A DNA stretch of 56,896 nucleotides from an uncultured virus (IMG/VR IMGVR_UViG_3300031669_000004) (taxonomy: Duplodnaviria > Heunggongvirae > Uroviricota > Caudoviricetes), in IMG/VR virus record IMGVR_UViG_3300031669_000004; one strand, given 5' to 3'. Each line of letters begins with the position of its first letter. Positions within the stretch are counted from its first letter, which is position 1. Shown here piece by piece: positions 9,794-18,150 of this stretch. Position numbers and translations under genes: made by a program. The notes under the pieces are model-generated. The model searched no databases and was not told the DNA's origin. It was given only the letters and a program-made list of their open reading frames with translations.

Positions 9794-10393
9794 GTGGAAA
9801 TGATAATAAACCAAGAAACGTTGTTGGAAACAATGTTAGACCTGGATAAGTTAAAAATGCTTTTGTTTTGTACTGTTCCAGTGTTTCTTGAAATAATAAA
9901 GTATGACTCTGATGGTATAACACGGTATTCCCACTTGGTTATGCGGATGAGAAAGATTGAACTTTTCGAGGAAGGTTTGACTTTGTTGTATAAATTACCT
10001 AAGGAAGAGCGTTTACAGGCGCTAAAAAGGCTTAAAAATTTACATATACCAAGCCGTTTGTGGTATAAGACACTTGAGGAGAATAACGTCTCTTCTAATT
10101 CAAATCAAACTCAAAACCTTAAGGAGCCAATCATGAGTAAAGCTGAGTTCGTAAAAGATGCAAACGGTAAGAACCCTGGTGAAGAAGGCTACATCGAAAC
10201 ACCAAACACAACCATGAAGGAAAAGTTGCAAGCGGCCTATGAAGCAGGTAAGGCCACTTTCGGCAGCTCTCTCTGGAAAACCGTGGGATGGACCTTCCTG
10301 GGTATTATCGGCGGTGCAGGTGCAGCTGTTGGGTACATGAAGTACACTGGTAACAAAACAACGGCAGCCGGTGCAGACGGCTCCGGAGAGTAA
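9794..10393 (+). CDS. Hypothetical protein with C-terminal TM helix; likely in-frame second start at 10133
   Basis: Internal TGGTATAAG (10061) and AAGGAG RBS before ATG 10133. Confidence 0.6.
   Translation: MEMIINQETLLETMLDLDKLKMLLFCTVPVFLEIIKYDSDGITRYSHLVMRMRKIELFEEGLTLLYKLPKEERLQALKRLKNLHIPSRLWYKTLEENNVSSNSNQTQNLKEPIMSKAEFVKDANGKNPGEEGYIETPNTTMKEKLQAAYEAGKATFGSSLWKTVGWTFLGIIGGAGAAVGYMKYTGNKTTAAGADGSGE
10061..10069 (+). promoter_or_regulatory. Phage promoter motif TGGTATAAG (intragenic)
   Basis: Exact copy upstream of RBS/ATG at 10133. Confidence 0.6.
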
Positions 10394-10543
10394 GTTGGTA
10401 TGCAGCGCCTTCCCCTAGGCCTGCTTGCCATCTGAAAAGGAATGGTCAGCGAGATATCGCTGGCTGTTCCCCACTCTAATAAAGAAGCCTTTGCTCAATT
10501 TGAACCATGACCTTAAATCAACTTATACCTTTACTCTTGGAGA

Positions 10544-10942
10544 GTGATCATGAAAAGTTTCGTGAAATTATTAGCATCCCCCCTTTTGTTTATCGCTTTG
10601 TCAGCTCATGCCCAAATTAATTGCCAGAACATCGGTAATCAGCGTATTTGCAATGACGAATTTGGCAATAGCTCCACGACACAACGGATCGGAAACCAGA
10701 GCATAACAAACTTCAACAACGGCCAGTCGGCAACCACCCAACAGATTGGTAATCAAACTATTACGAATTACAGCAATGGCGAATCTGCTACGTCACAACA
10801 GATTGGCAATCAACGCATCACAAACTTCAATAATGGCACTAGCGCAACAACACAACAGATTGGAAATCAGACAATCACGACTTATAGCGACGGCCATACA
10901 ATTACTTGCCAAAACATCGGTAATCAACAAATTTGCAATTGA
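10544..10942 (+). CDS. Secreted repeat protein (19-aa QQIGNQ repeats)
   Basis: Signal peptide ending AHA; repeats T(T/S)QQIGNQxITNxxNGxSA; CQNIGNQxIC at both ends. Confidence 0.8.
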   Translation: MIMKSFVKLLASPLLFIALSAHAQINCQNIGNQRICNDEFGNSSTTQRIGNQSITNFNNGQSATTQQIGNQTITNYSNGESATSQQIGNQRITNFNNGTSATTQQIGNQTITTYSDGHTITCQNIGNQQICN

Positions 10943-11049
10943 GCAATATGAAACAGGTTTAGTTTTGAACCAAAACCACTCTAAAAAAGAAGACTCATAT
11001 CTTCTTTTTTACCCACGTGGTATACTATTCAATTACTTAGGAGTATCAA

Positions 11050-11376
11050 ATGGATTTTTCGTTTAACAACAAGGATATAAAAAAGTATTTCGATGGGGAT
11101 GATTCTTGCCCCCCAATACGGGAAGTTATTTATTTAGATACTCACCCATTAATAAGACCTAATTTTTTATTAGAGGTAAATTCCTTGGTGGTCTCTGCTG
11201 GGGAGAAACTTATGGCTGCTAAGGCCAACGTTAACTCTAAACCAGTAAAAGAGTTAGAACGGTTATGTATAAATCTTGGTACTAACCTTCCTAAGGATGA
11301 GGCTAGTGCAGAGATATTCCTTAAGCATCTACGTGATCTATACAACCTATGTAATTCTATTTTAAGGAATAAGTAA
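11050..11376 (+). CDS. Hypothetical protein
   Basis: AGGAG RBS. Confidence 0.7.
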   Translation: MDFSFNNKDIKKYFDGDDSCPPIREVIYLDTHPLIRPNFLLEVNSLVVSAGEKLMAAKANVNSKPVKELERLCINLGTNLPKDEASAEIFLKHLRDLYNLCNSILRNK

Positions 11377-11834
11377 TGCAGATAACAAAGCAAGGATTAT
11401 GGTTCAATCATATGGGGGACAAGATATGTCTTATGTGGTTCTGGAACCCCTTACCAAATAGGTATTTCTCTAAGAAGTTACATTGCACGTTTTCCTCTAT
11501 GAAGGAGTACAAGAAGTACATGGGATCTCCTGTTGGGGTTAAAGAAAGAAACGTAATAGGGTTCAACTATATGGATCTAGTGAGGACTTATATAGGTCTT
11601 AATTTTAGTGGTGAGTACGTTATAGTGCTAACTGATATAGATCTATCTAAACGGCCATCAGTATTCTGGGAGAACATTCCGTACATTAAAAAAATGGCTT
11701 TTACAAATGAGGTTGTAGTAATGAGATGTAAAGATGCCGGACAGATGGATACCATTATGGTTTCAATAGAGCCAACCTTTGCAGTAGCATGGGGTTTTAA
11801 AGATGGGGAGTTAGTGAGTTCCAATGATCATTAA
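11376..11834 (+). CDS. Hypothetical protein
   Basis: TAATG stop/start coupling. Confidence 0.7.
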   Translation: MQITKQGLWFNHMGDKICLMWFWNPLPNRYFSKKLHCTFSSMKEYKKYMGSPVGVKERNVIGFNYMDLVRTYIGLNFSGEYVIVLTDIDLSKRPSVFWENIPYIKKMAFTNEVVVMRCKDAGQMDTIMVSIEPTFAVAWGFKDGELVSSNDH

Positions 11835-13527
11835 GGAGTTGAATGGTGGTGAGAATATACTATTTGAACCTGAAGATGCTAAAGAACGTAGGTATCTAGA
11901 ATCTTTTCCAGGATTACTAAGGGAGGGTTTACATTTTTTTAGTCCTGGAAAGCCAAGGGTTATCTATAATCTTTATCAGAGAATATCCAAGCATATAAAA
12001 CCACACAATATAAGGTACACACCTTTAGTGCAAAAGATGGTTACTGAATCTTTTCCACTATTGGATCTACCCATAGATTTTACTTTTTATACATCACCGT
12101 TGGAGCATCAACTACAAGCACTTAGGTTTATGTTTACCCAAGGCTCCTGTGGATTATTACTAGATCCTGGACTTGGTAAAACCAAAGTAGTACTAGACTT
12201 CATATACCTAATGAGCTTTGGCAAGGTAATTATAGTATGCCCAAAACCCCTACTATACGTTTGGGAAGTGGAGATACTTAAACACCGTCCAGAACTTAGT
12301 TTCTATATAGTTAATAGTACTGATTGGGAGAAAGAATCTGAAGGTATAAATAAAGCCCAAGTAGTAATATTGAACTATAATAAAGCCGTAACACTTGAGG
12401 CCAACCTACTATCATTGAAGGCGGATTTTCTGGGACTTGATGAAGGTCTAATAAAAAATTACACTACTGATAGAACTAAATCATTAACTAGACTGGGGCG
12501 CAGCATTCCCTATAAGTGTGTTATGTCTGGGACGCTGATAAACAATTCCCCCTTGGACTCTTTCTCGCCCTTACGATTTCTAGAACCTGCATTAGTAGGG
12601 GAGGGTGTTACTAGGTTTAAAGATAGGTACGCCATAACGGCAAGACAAAATAGGAATATAGTAATTGGATTCAGGGACATGCCTGAGATTCAAACTATAT
12701 TAGCTTCGTCTTGTATAGTGATGCGTAAAGAGGAATGGTTAAAGGATTTACCTCCCAAGAAGTTTCACCTTATTAAGTGTGCTCTTGAGGGCGAAGCTCT
12801 CAGATGTTACGAGGACTTGATAAGTAACTGGATGTTCGAATATCAGGGTGAAACATTTGAGTTTGATAATGCACTTCCTAGATTAGGCAAGTTATTACAA
12901 ATAGCAAATGGATTTACTTATGTTGCTGATAAAGATCCTCTAGAGGAACTGACTGAGAAGAAGGTTAAAAGTAAAAAACGAAGAACACTCTTCTTTAAAG
13001 AACAGCCTAAGATAAAAGAATTCCACGAACTCTTAGTAGATCCCGACAAGCTCTACAAGCGAAGGGCTATAGTATGGTTTAACTATCAAGCAGAGTTGGA
13101 TTTACTTGAAAGATACCTTAAAGAACAAGGTATTAAGTATCTAGTGGTAAAAGGTGGGGAAAAAGACGTCGGAGGAAAAATAGGTTTATTCAACTCCGAT
13201 CCCTCCTATAGATTTCTACTTGGACAAGCTAGAACTATAAATTATGGTGCTACCGTACTAGGAGATAACGAGGATTATGAAGTACCTCCTGAGTTTAGTA
13301 CCACTGTTAGTGACCAAGTCTTTTATTCGTTGAACTTCTCTCTTGAGGTGTTCTTACAACAACAAGATCGTATACATAGAATAGGTCAGACTCTAGAATG
13401 TAACTACTGGATCCTACTGACCAACTCCTGTATTGAGGCTAGAATACATCAAGCCATGGAGGATAAAATCTTTGTTAATAGATCATTACTAATAGATATT
13501 TCAAAAGAGGTGTCTATTTTAAAATAG
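11824..13527 (+). CDS. SNF2-family (SF2) helicase
   Basis: DPGLGKT motif I, LDEG motif II, MSGT motif III, QQQDRIHRIGQ motif VI. Confidence 0.9.
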   Translation: MIIKELNGGENILFEPEDAKERRYLESFPGLLREGLHFFSPGKPRVIYNLYQRISKHIKPHNIRYTPLVQKMVTESFPLLDLPIDFTFYTSPLEHQLQALRFMFTQGSCGLLLDPGLGKTKVVLDFIYLMSFGKVIIVCPKPLLYVWEVEILKHRPELSFYIVNSTDWEKESEGINKAQVVILNYNKAVTLEANLLSLKADFLGLDEGLIKNYTTDRTKSLTRLGRSIPYKCVMSGTLINNSPLDSFSPLRFLEPALVGEGVTRFKDRYAITARQNRNIVIGFRDMPEIQTILASSCIVMRKEEWLKDLPPKKFHLIKCALEGEALRCYEDLISNWMFEYQGETFEFDNALPRLGKLLQIANGFTYVADKDPLEELTEKKVKSKKRRTLFFKEQPKIKEFHELLVDPDKLYKRRAIVWFNYQAELDLLERYLKEQGIKYLVVKGGEKDVGGKIGLFNSDPSYRFLLGQARTINYGATVLGDNEDYEVPPEFSTTVSDQVFYSLNFSLEVFLQQQDRIHRIGQTLECNYWILLTNSCIEARIHQAMEDKIFVNRSLLIDISKEVSILK

Positions 13528-13567
13528 AAAAAGGGCCATCAAAAACACTTGCTGGCCCTTTTCTTTT
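13528..13567 (+). terminator. Intrinsic terminator
   Basis: AAAAGGGCCA...TGGCCCTTTT. Confidence 0.55.
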
Positions 13568-13580
13568 AAGGAGTAATTAC

Positions 13581-14117
13581 ATGTTTCCTAAACTACGTAA
13601 GATTGTACTGGTATTAATAGCGCTGTGGGCTGTTCCAAGTCACGCATCTACTTTTATAAAGCCTAAACCTGAGATGGTCCATTTAGCCAGGCAGCTGGCT
13701 TACAAGGATTTTCCGAGGGCATCAGATATCCTTACGATAATGAGAATAGAAAGTGCATTCAATCCACATGCAATAAATAAAATGTCCAATGGCATAATGC
13801 AGGTTAATTATGGATCTTTTGACTTCAGGGTTAATATGAGGCAAGGAGTATCTTTACTACGTGAGTATTATCTTATAACTCATTCTAAGATGGGGGCTAT
13901 TAAGGCATATAACATTGGCATAGGTAATTATCTCAAAGGCCACTTAAGATATAGTGCGGAGGATTACTGGGATAAGTTCAGAACGCATTTCCCCTCTTAC
14001 GCCAGGTATGAGGCACACTACAGAGACTCTATTCCTACTGAGTCCGCTAGTTTCCTATTTAAAAAGGATCCTAAGGAATGGTGTTTTAAGCAGTATCATA
14101 CCTATGATTTTATCTAG
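13581..14117 (+). CDS. SLT-domain lytic transglycosylase with signal peptide
   Basis: IESAFNP, GIMQV and AYNIG motifs. Confidence 0.85.
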   Translation: MFPKLRKIVLVLIALWAVPSHASTFIKPKPEMVHLARQLAYKDFPRASDILTIMRIESAFNPHAINKMSNGIMQVNYGSFDFRVNMRQGVSLLREYYLITHSKMGAIKAYNIGIGNYLKGHLRYSAEDYWDKFRTHFPSYARYEAHYRDSIPTESASFLFKKDPKEWCFKQYHTYDFI

Positions 14118-14144
14118 AATATATTAGTTATAGACTACCTTTAC

Positions 14145-14153
14145 TGGTATAAG
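14145..14153 (+). promoter_or_regulatory. Phage promoter motif TGGTATAAG
   Basis: Exact copy. Confidence 0.65.
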
Positions 14154-14172
14154 TAAATTAAGGAGAAAGAAC

Positions 14173-14883
14173 ATGATTAAACACCTAATGCTAATACTTC
14201 TAGTATTACTCAGTACTAATGAAGCATTTGGTTGTGGTGAGATTAAGCCCAACTATGAAATAACGCAGATAGTAAAACGCTTGGCTTATCCAGATTTTCC
14301 TCAAGCGGCAGATGTGTTCGCAATAATACGCAATGAGTCTTCATACAGACCAAACGTTATTAATAGATCTGGTAGGGAAGATTCAAGGGGTTTGATGCAG
14401 GTAGCCAAAGGCCCTTTAAATATAAGGCTTAACATAGCAATGGGAGTTTCCCTGTTGAGAGAATATTACATGATTACACACTCACGTAAAGGTGCTGTGA
14501 TGTCGTATAATATTGGTATAGGTAATTATCTCAAGGGCAGACTCAAGGTTAGTGGTAATCGTTATTATTCTAAATTTCTATTACAAAGGAGCGTATATGA
14601 GCACTATGCAAAAACTGGGAAACTTCACTATCTCGGCCGTTATCGTGGTTGTACTTCTAGGTACGATTATGTATCAGGTGAACGAGTACATGAATATACC
14701 CACCGTCGAGGTCTCCCATCTCACTGGGAAGCCAAGTATAATCATACTTCCAGATGGCACAAGAGAGAAAGCCACACCTGGCAATCTCCCAAAGAAATAT
14801 CAAGTGCAATGGATATAAGGAGAAAACCATGCTTACTTTCTTGGCAGGAGTCGTCTTCGGCCCACTACTCTTGTTCCTCGTAG
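14173..14883 (+). CDS. Second SLT-domain lytic transglycosylase (tandem paralog)
   Basis: NESSYRP, GLMQV, SYNIG; shares GVSLLREYY.ITHS..GA with upstream paralog. Confidence 0.85.
   Translation: MIKHLMLILLVLLSTNEAFGCGEIKPNYEITQIVKRLAYPDFPQAADVFAIIRNESSYRPNVINRSGREDSRGLMQVAKGPLNIRLNIAMGVSLLREYYMITHSRKGAVMSYNIGIGNYLKGRLKVSGNRYYSKFLLQRSVYEHYAKTGKLHYLGRYRGCTSRYDYVSGERVHEYTHRRGLPSHWEAKYNHTSRWHKRESHTWQSPKEISSAMDIRRKPCLLSWQESSSAHYSCSS
14597..14818 (+). CDS. Small membrane-anchored protein nested in alternative frame of SLT2
   Basis: AAGGAG RBS; N-terminal TM (AVIVVVLLG). Confidence 0.65.
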   Translation: MSTMQKLGNFTISAVIVVVLLGTIMYQVNEYMNIPTVEVSHLTGKPSIIILPDGTREKATPGNLPKKYQVQWI

Positions 14884-14921
14884 CATTAGGGGTACTGAGA
14901 TTCATAGCGGGATTCTTCTAA
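14829..14921 (+). CDS. 30-aa hydrophobic peptide
   Basis: TAAGGAG RBS; MLTFLAGVVFGPLLLFLVALGVLRFIAGFF; followed by terminator. Confidence 0.55.
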   Translation: MLTFLAGVVFGPLLLFLVALGVLRFIAGFF

Positions 14922-14925
14922 CAAC

Positions 14926-14952
14926 AAAGACCTCTTCCAAGGGGTCTTTTTT
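14926..14952 (+). terminator. Intrinsic terminator
   Basis: AAAGACCTC-loop-GGGGTCTTT plus T-run. Confidence 0.65.
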
Positions 14953-15007
14953 ATTTGTCAGAGGTTTCTTTTTAGTATTCAAGTACTTAAATAAAAATAC
15001 CCGGTTT

Positions 15008-15232
<225 letters not shown>

Positions 15233-15426
15233 TTTGTCATAATCAGTATTAGTGGTAATGTTTATTGAGAAATGTATATTTAGACTTGCGGCTTTAACTG
15301 ACTAATTACGTTTATGTCGTATATACATTAGGGTTAAATACTGACATCAATTTCGGATCGAAATAGAAGGTGTCAACCTTTTAGGGCTATTGTGTCCTTA
15401 GCATGTCTTGATATAACAACATAATG

Positions 15427-15435
15427 TGGTATAAG
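15427..15435 (+). promoter_or_regulatory. Phage promoter motif TGGTATAAG
   Basis: Exact copy. Confidence 0.7.
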
Positions 15436-15483
15436 AATTTAGTAACACCTTACTTTATTTACGCTAGAAAAGGAAATAACACA

Positions 15484-15975
15484 ATGAAAGAAATGGTATA
15501 TATAGATATGGATGGCCCCTTGGCCGGATTTGAAGAATGGTCGGCGGAAGTTATAGGGCCTGATTGGAAGAAAGAGATAGACTCTCCTTCTTGGGGTAGG
15601 TACACAGAACACCCTGATATGTATCTTTGGCTTCCGTTATCCCCAGGGGCTAAAGAACTTTATGAAGCATGCTGCGAATACACTGGGGATAAGAACCAAG
15701 TTCAACTGCTTACTGCTCTTCCTAATAGGGCCAGGGATTCCTTCCCACATGCCCCTGTTCATAAGATCAGTTGGGCTAGAAAACATATAGATCCTAAGAT
15801 ACGAGTTGTGTTTGGACCTTTTGCCCAACATAAACGTTATCACATCAGATTTCCAGGGGATGTATTAATCGATGATACTGTTCTTAACATCAGCCAGTGG
15901 CGTCACGATGGTGGCCGTGGTATACTACATACCTCCGCCGCCGAATCTATAAGGCAATTATTTTCCACTAAGTAA
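15484..15975 (+). CDS. HAD-family 5'(3')-deoxyribonucleotidase-like protein
   Basis: YIDMDG motif I, LIDD motif IV, W...GG.GILH; AGGA RBS. Confidence 0.85.
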   Translation: MKEMVYIDMDGPLAGFEEWSAEVIGPDWKKEIDSPSWGRYTEHPDMYLWLPLSPGAKELYEACCEYTGDKNQVQLLTALPNRARDSFPHAPVHKISWARKHIDPKIRVVFGPFAQHKRYHIRFPGDVLIDDTVLNISQWRHDGGRGILHTSAAESIRQLFSTK

Positions 15976-15987
15976 AGGGTAGATGTT

Positions 15988-16281
15988 ATGACAATGAACT
16001 GTAAGGTAGGTAGTGTGGCAATGATAAGACGTAGTTACGCACATAACGAAGGTAAGGTGGTAACCTGCCTAGAGTTCATTGGTAAGATACCTGGCAGTGT
16101 AAGTCCGAATACAGACTTTTGGAGAGTAGATACGCCAATACGTGGGATAGGACTTGATGGTAGACCAAGTGAATTCTTTACTCATTATGTTAGGGATTAT
16201 TGTTTGCAACCGCTGATATATACCCCAGATAAAGATGAGATGTTGATTATAGCAGGAGATCCGGGAAAGGATAGAGTATGA
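15988..16281 (+). CDS. Hypothetical protein
   Basis: Operonic ORF. Confidence 0.6.
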   Translation: MTMNCKVGSVAMIRRSYAHNEGKVVTCLEFIGKIPGSVSPNTDFWRVDTPIRGIGLDGRPSEFFTHYVRDYCLQPLIYTPDKDEMLIIAGDPGKDRV

Positions 16282-16931
16282 TAGAGCATTTTGATATAAA
16301 TACAAAAGGAAGTGATTATGTAATGGGGGATTTACATGGTTGTTTCCCTCATTTAGAAAAACAGTTACAGGAGATAGGATTTGAAGAGGATAAGGATCGC
16401 CTTTTTAGTGTAGGCGACTTAGTTGATCGTGGATTATACTCTGAGTTTGCACTAGAATGGTTACAGAAGCCATTCTTTCACTCAGTCCTTGGCAACCATG
16501 AACAAATGGCTATCTTCGCCTCAGAGGGTAGTGTAGACATCCGCAACTACATTAATAATGGAGGATCGTGGTTCCTAAATCTCCCGGTTGGATTACAAAA
16601 GGAATTTGGTACGGCATTTAAGAAATTACCGATTCTAATAGAAGTGGATACTCCTACTGGCATGGTCGGTATAGTTCATGCAGAATGCCCCACCAATGAT
16701 TGGGAATATTTAAAGGCTAGGTTAGAAGAACAGCATAGTGAAAGGGTAGTAGATGTCTGCCTTTGGAATAGGGATAGATTGTATAATAATATAACCTCTA
16801 CGATATCTGGGGTAAAAGAAGTTATAGTAGGACATTCAGTAGTCACAGAGGATACTTGGAGGGGCAACGTACATTATATAGATACTGGCCTTGTTTACGG
16901 CCAGAAGTTGACTATTATAAAGATTAACTAA
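16278..16931 (+). CDS. Metallophosphoesterase (lambda NinI/PphA-like Ser/Thr phosphatase)
   Basis: GDLHG, GDLVDRG, GNHE, VGHS, IDTG. Confidence 0.92.
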   Translation: MIEHFDINTKGSDYVMGDLHGCFPHLEKQLQEIGFEEDKDRLFSVGDLVDRGLYSEFALEWLQKPFFHSVLGNHEQMAIFASEGSVDIRNYINNGGSWFLNLPVGLQKEFGTAFKKLPILIEVDTPTGMVGIVHAECPTNDWEYLKARLEEQHSERVVDVCLWNRDRLYNNITSTISGVKEVIVGHSVVTEDTWRGNVHYIDTGLVYGQKLTIIKIN

Positions 16932-17044
16932 TATGAAATACTTTTTAGTTTTAATGCTACTAAGCGGATGTTCCACTATACATCACCCTAAAAATACCTC
17001 GACACTCATCATGCCTTTAGGTAGTACTCAAAAAACCTAATCCT

Positions 17045-17053
17045 TGGTATAAG
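17045..17053 (+). promoter_or_regulatory. Phage promoter motif TGGTATAAG
   Basis: Exact copy. Confidence 0.7.
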
Positions 17054-17096
17054 AATGTTGTAGCAAGTCTCAGTAATTTCATTAAGGAAGAATAAG

Positions 17097-17630
17097 ATGC
17101 GTATATATTTAGCAGTATTAGTATTATTTTTTATGGTGTCAGTCTCAGCAAATGCCACCACCCTTAGTATACTAGGGGGACAAGCAGTATCTAACAGTCT
17201 CTCAGACGAAAAGTCCAATGCCTGGGGAGTAGAACAGGAAATGAACTTCAAGCACAACACTTGGCAGTTTGGGTATATGAACGAGGGTCATAAATCCAAC
17301 GGTCAGAAGAGGGATGGTATATATGCCATGTACAAGTTGGCTTCACCCCTGACTAGTAAATTAACCACCTCAATATCGGCCGGGCCATATTTTACAGCCA
17401 CAACTGTGAATGACCAAGTGTATGCGTTAGATACTACTGATGAGCATTCCCTTATTATTAATCCGGGGGCTTACCATGATTCCTATGGCCTAGCATTGCT
17501 TGCATCTGCAGAGGCAAAATATCAAGTCTCAGCTTTATATGATGTAGGTGCTAGATGGGAACATGTTATGTTAACTCAACATAGTCTGGATGCTGATGTA
17601 TTTTTTGTAGAGTTTGGACGGAAATTTTAA
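17097..17630 (+). CDS. Small outer-membrane beta-barrel protein
   Basis: Signal peptide (ANA), alternating amphipathic strands, C-terminal Phe BAM-type signature (VEFGRKF). Confidence 0.7.
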   Translation: MRIYLAVLVLFFMVSVSANATTLSILGGQAVSNSLSDEKSNAWGVEQEMNFKHNTWQFGYMNEGHKSNGQKRDGIYAMYKLASPLTSKLTTSISAGPYFTATTVNDQVYALDTTDEHSLIINPGAYHDSYGLALLASAEAKYQVSALYDVGARWEHVMLTQHSLDADVFFVEFGRKF

Positions 17631-17640
17631 AGGAGTATAT

Positions 17641-18135
17641 ATGTCAAAAGCAACTAAAATAGTAATCTTCGATATAGATGGAACCTTGGCGGATTCATCA
17701 AAACGTGTTCATTATATACTACCTAAAGATGGTGGTAAGAAAAACTGGAAGGCCTTTATGGACGAGGCTAAATATGATGAACCACACCCTCACGTAGTAA
17801 GTCTAAATAAGATGTACTTCAATGCAGGATACCACGTAGTCCTATTGACGGGTAGAGAGGCATCCCGTAGGCAGGATACTTTAGATTGGTTGAATAAAGA
17901 AGGAGTAATATTCCATGCCTTGATAATGAGATTAACCAGTGATTATGGTAAAGATAATTTGGTTAAGAAAGCCCTTCTTGAGTCCTATCTTGAAGCCAAT
18001 AACCTAGAATTATCCCAAATAGAAGTTTTGTATGAAGACCGCTTACACGTAGCAGAAACCTGGCGTGAGATGGGCCTACCAGTATTTTTAGTAGGTGATG
18101 AGTGGAGAAATCCAGAAGTAAAAGAAGAAGTATAA
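17641..18135 (+). CDS. HAD phosphatase, T4 PseT (PNK) 3'-phosphatase-like domain
   Basis: FDIDGTLA, LTGR, YEDR...WR..GL; no kinase P-loop. Confidence 0.85.
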   Translation: MSKATKIVIFDIDGTLADSSKRVHYILPKDGGKKNWKAFMDEAKYDEPHPHVVSLNKMYFNAGYHVVLLTGREASRRQDTLDWLNKEGVIFHALIMRLTSDYGKDNLVKKALLESYLEANNLELSQIEVLYEDRLHVAETWREMGLPVFLVGDEWRNPEVKEEV

Positions 18136-18150
18136 TAATAAGGAAAGCAA

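Noticed and set aside
10620..10940. CRISPR-like periodic repeats
   Set aside because: The repeats are 57-nt coding units with synonymous variation. No array with identical repeats and unique spacers, and no cas genes, were seen in the window.
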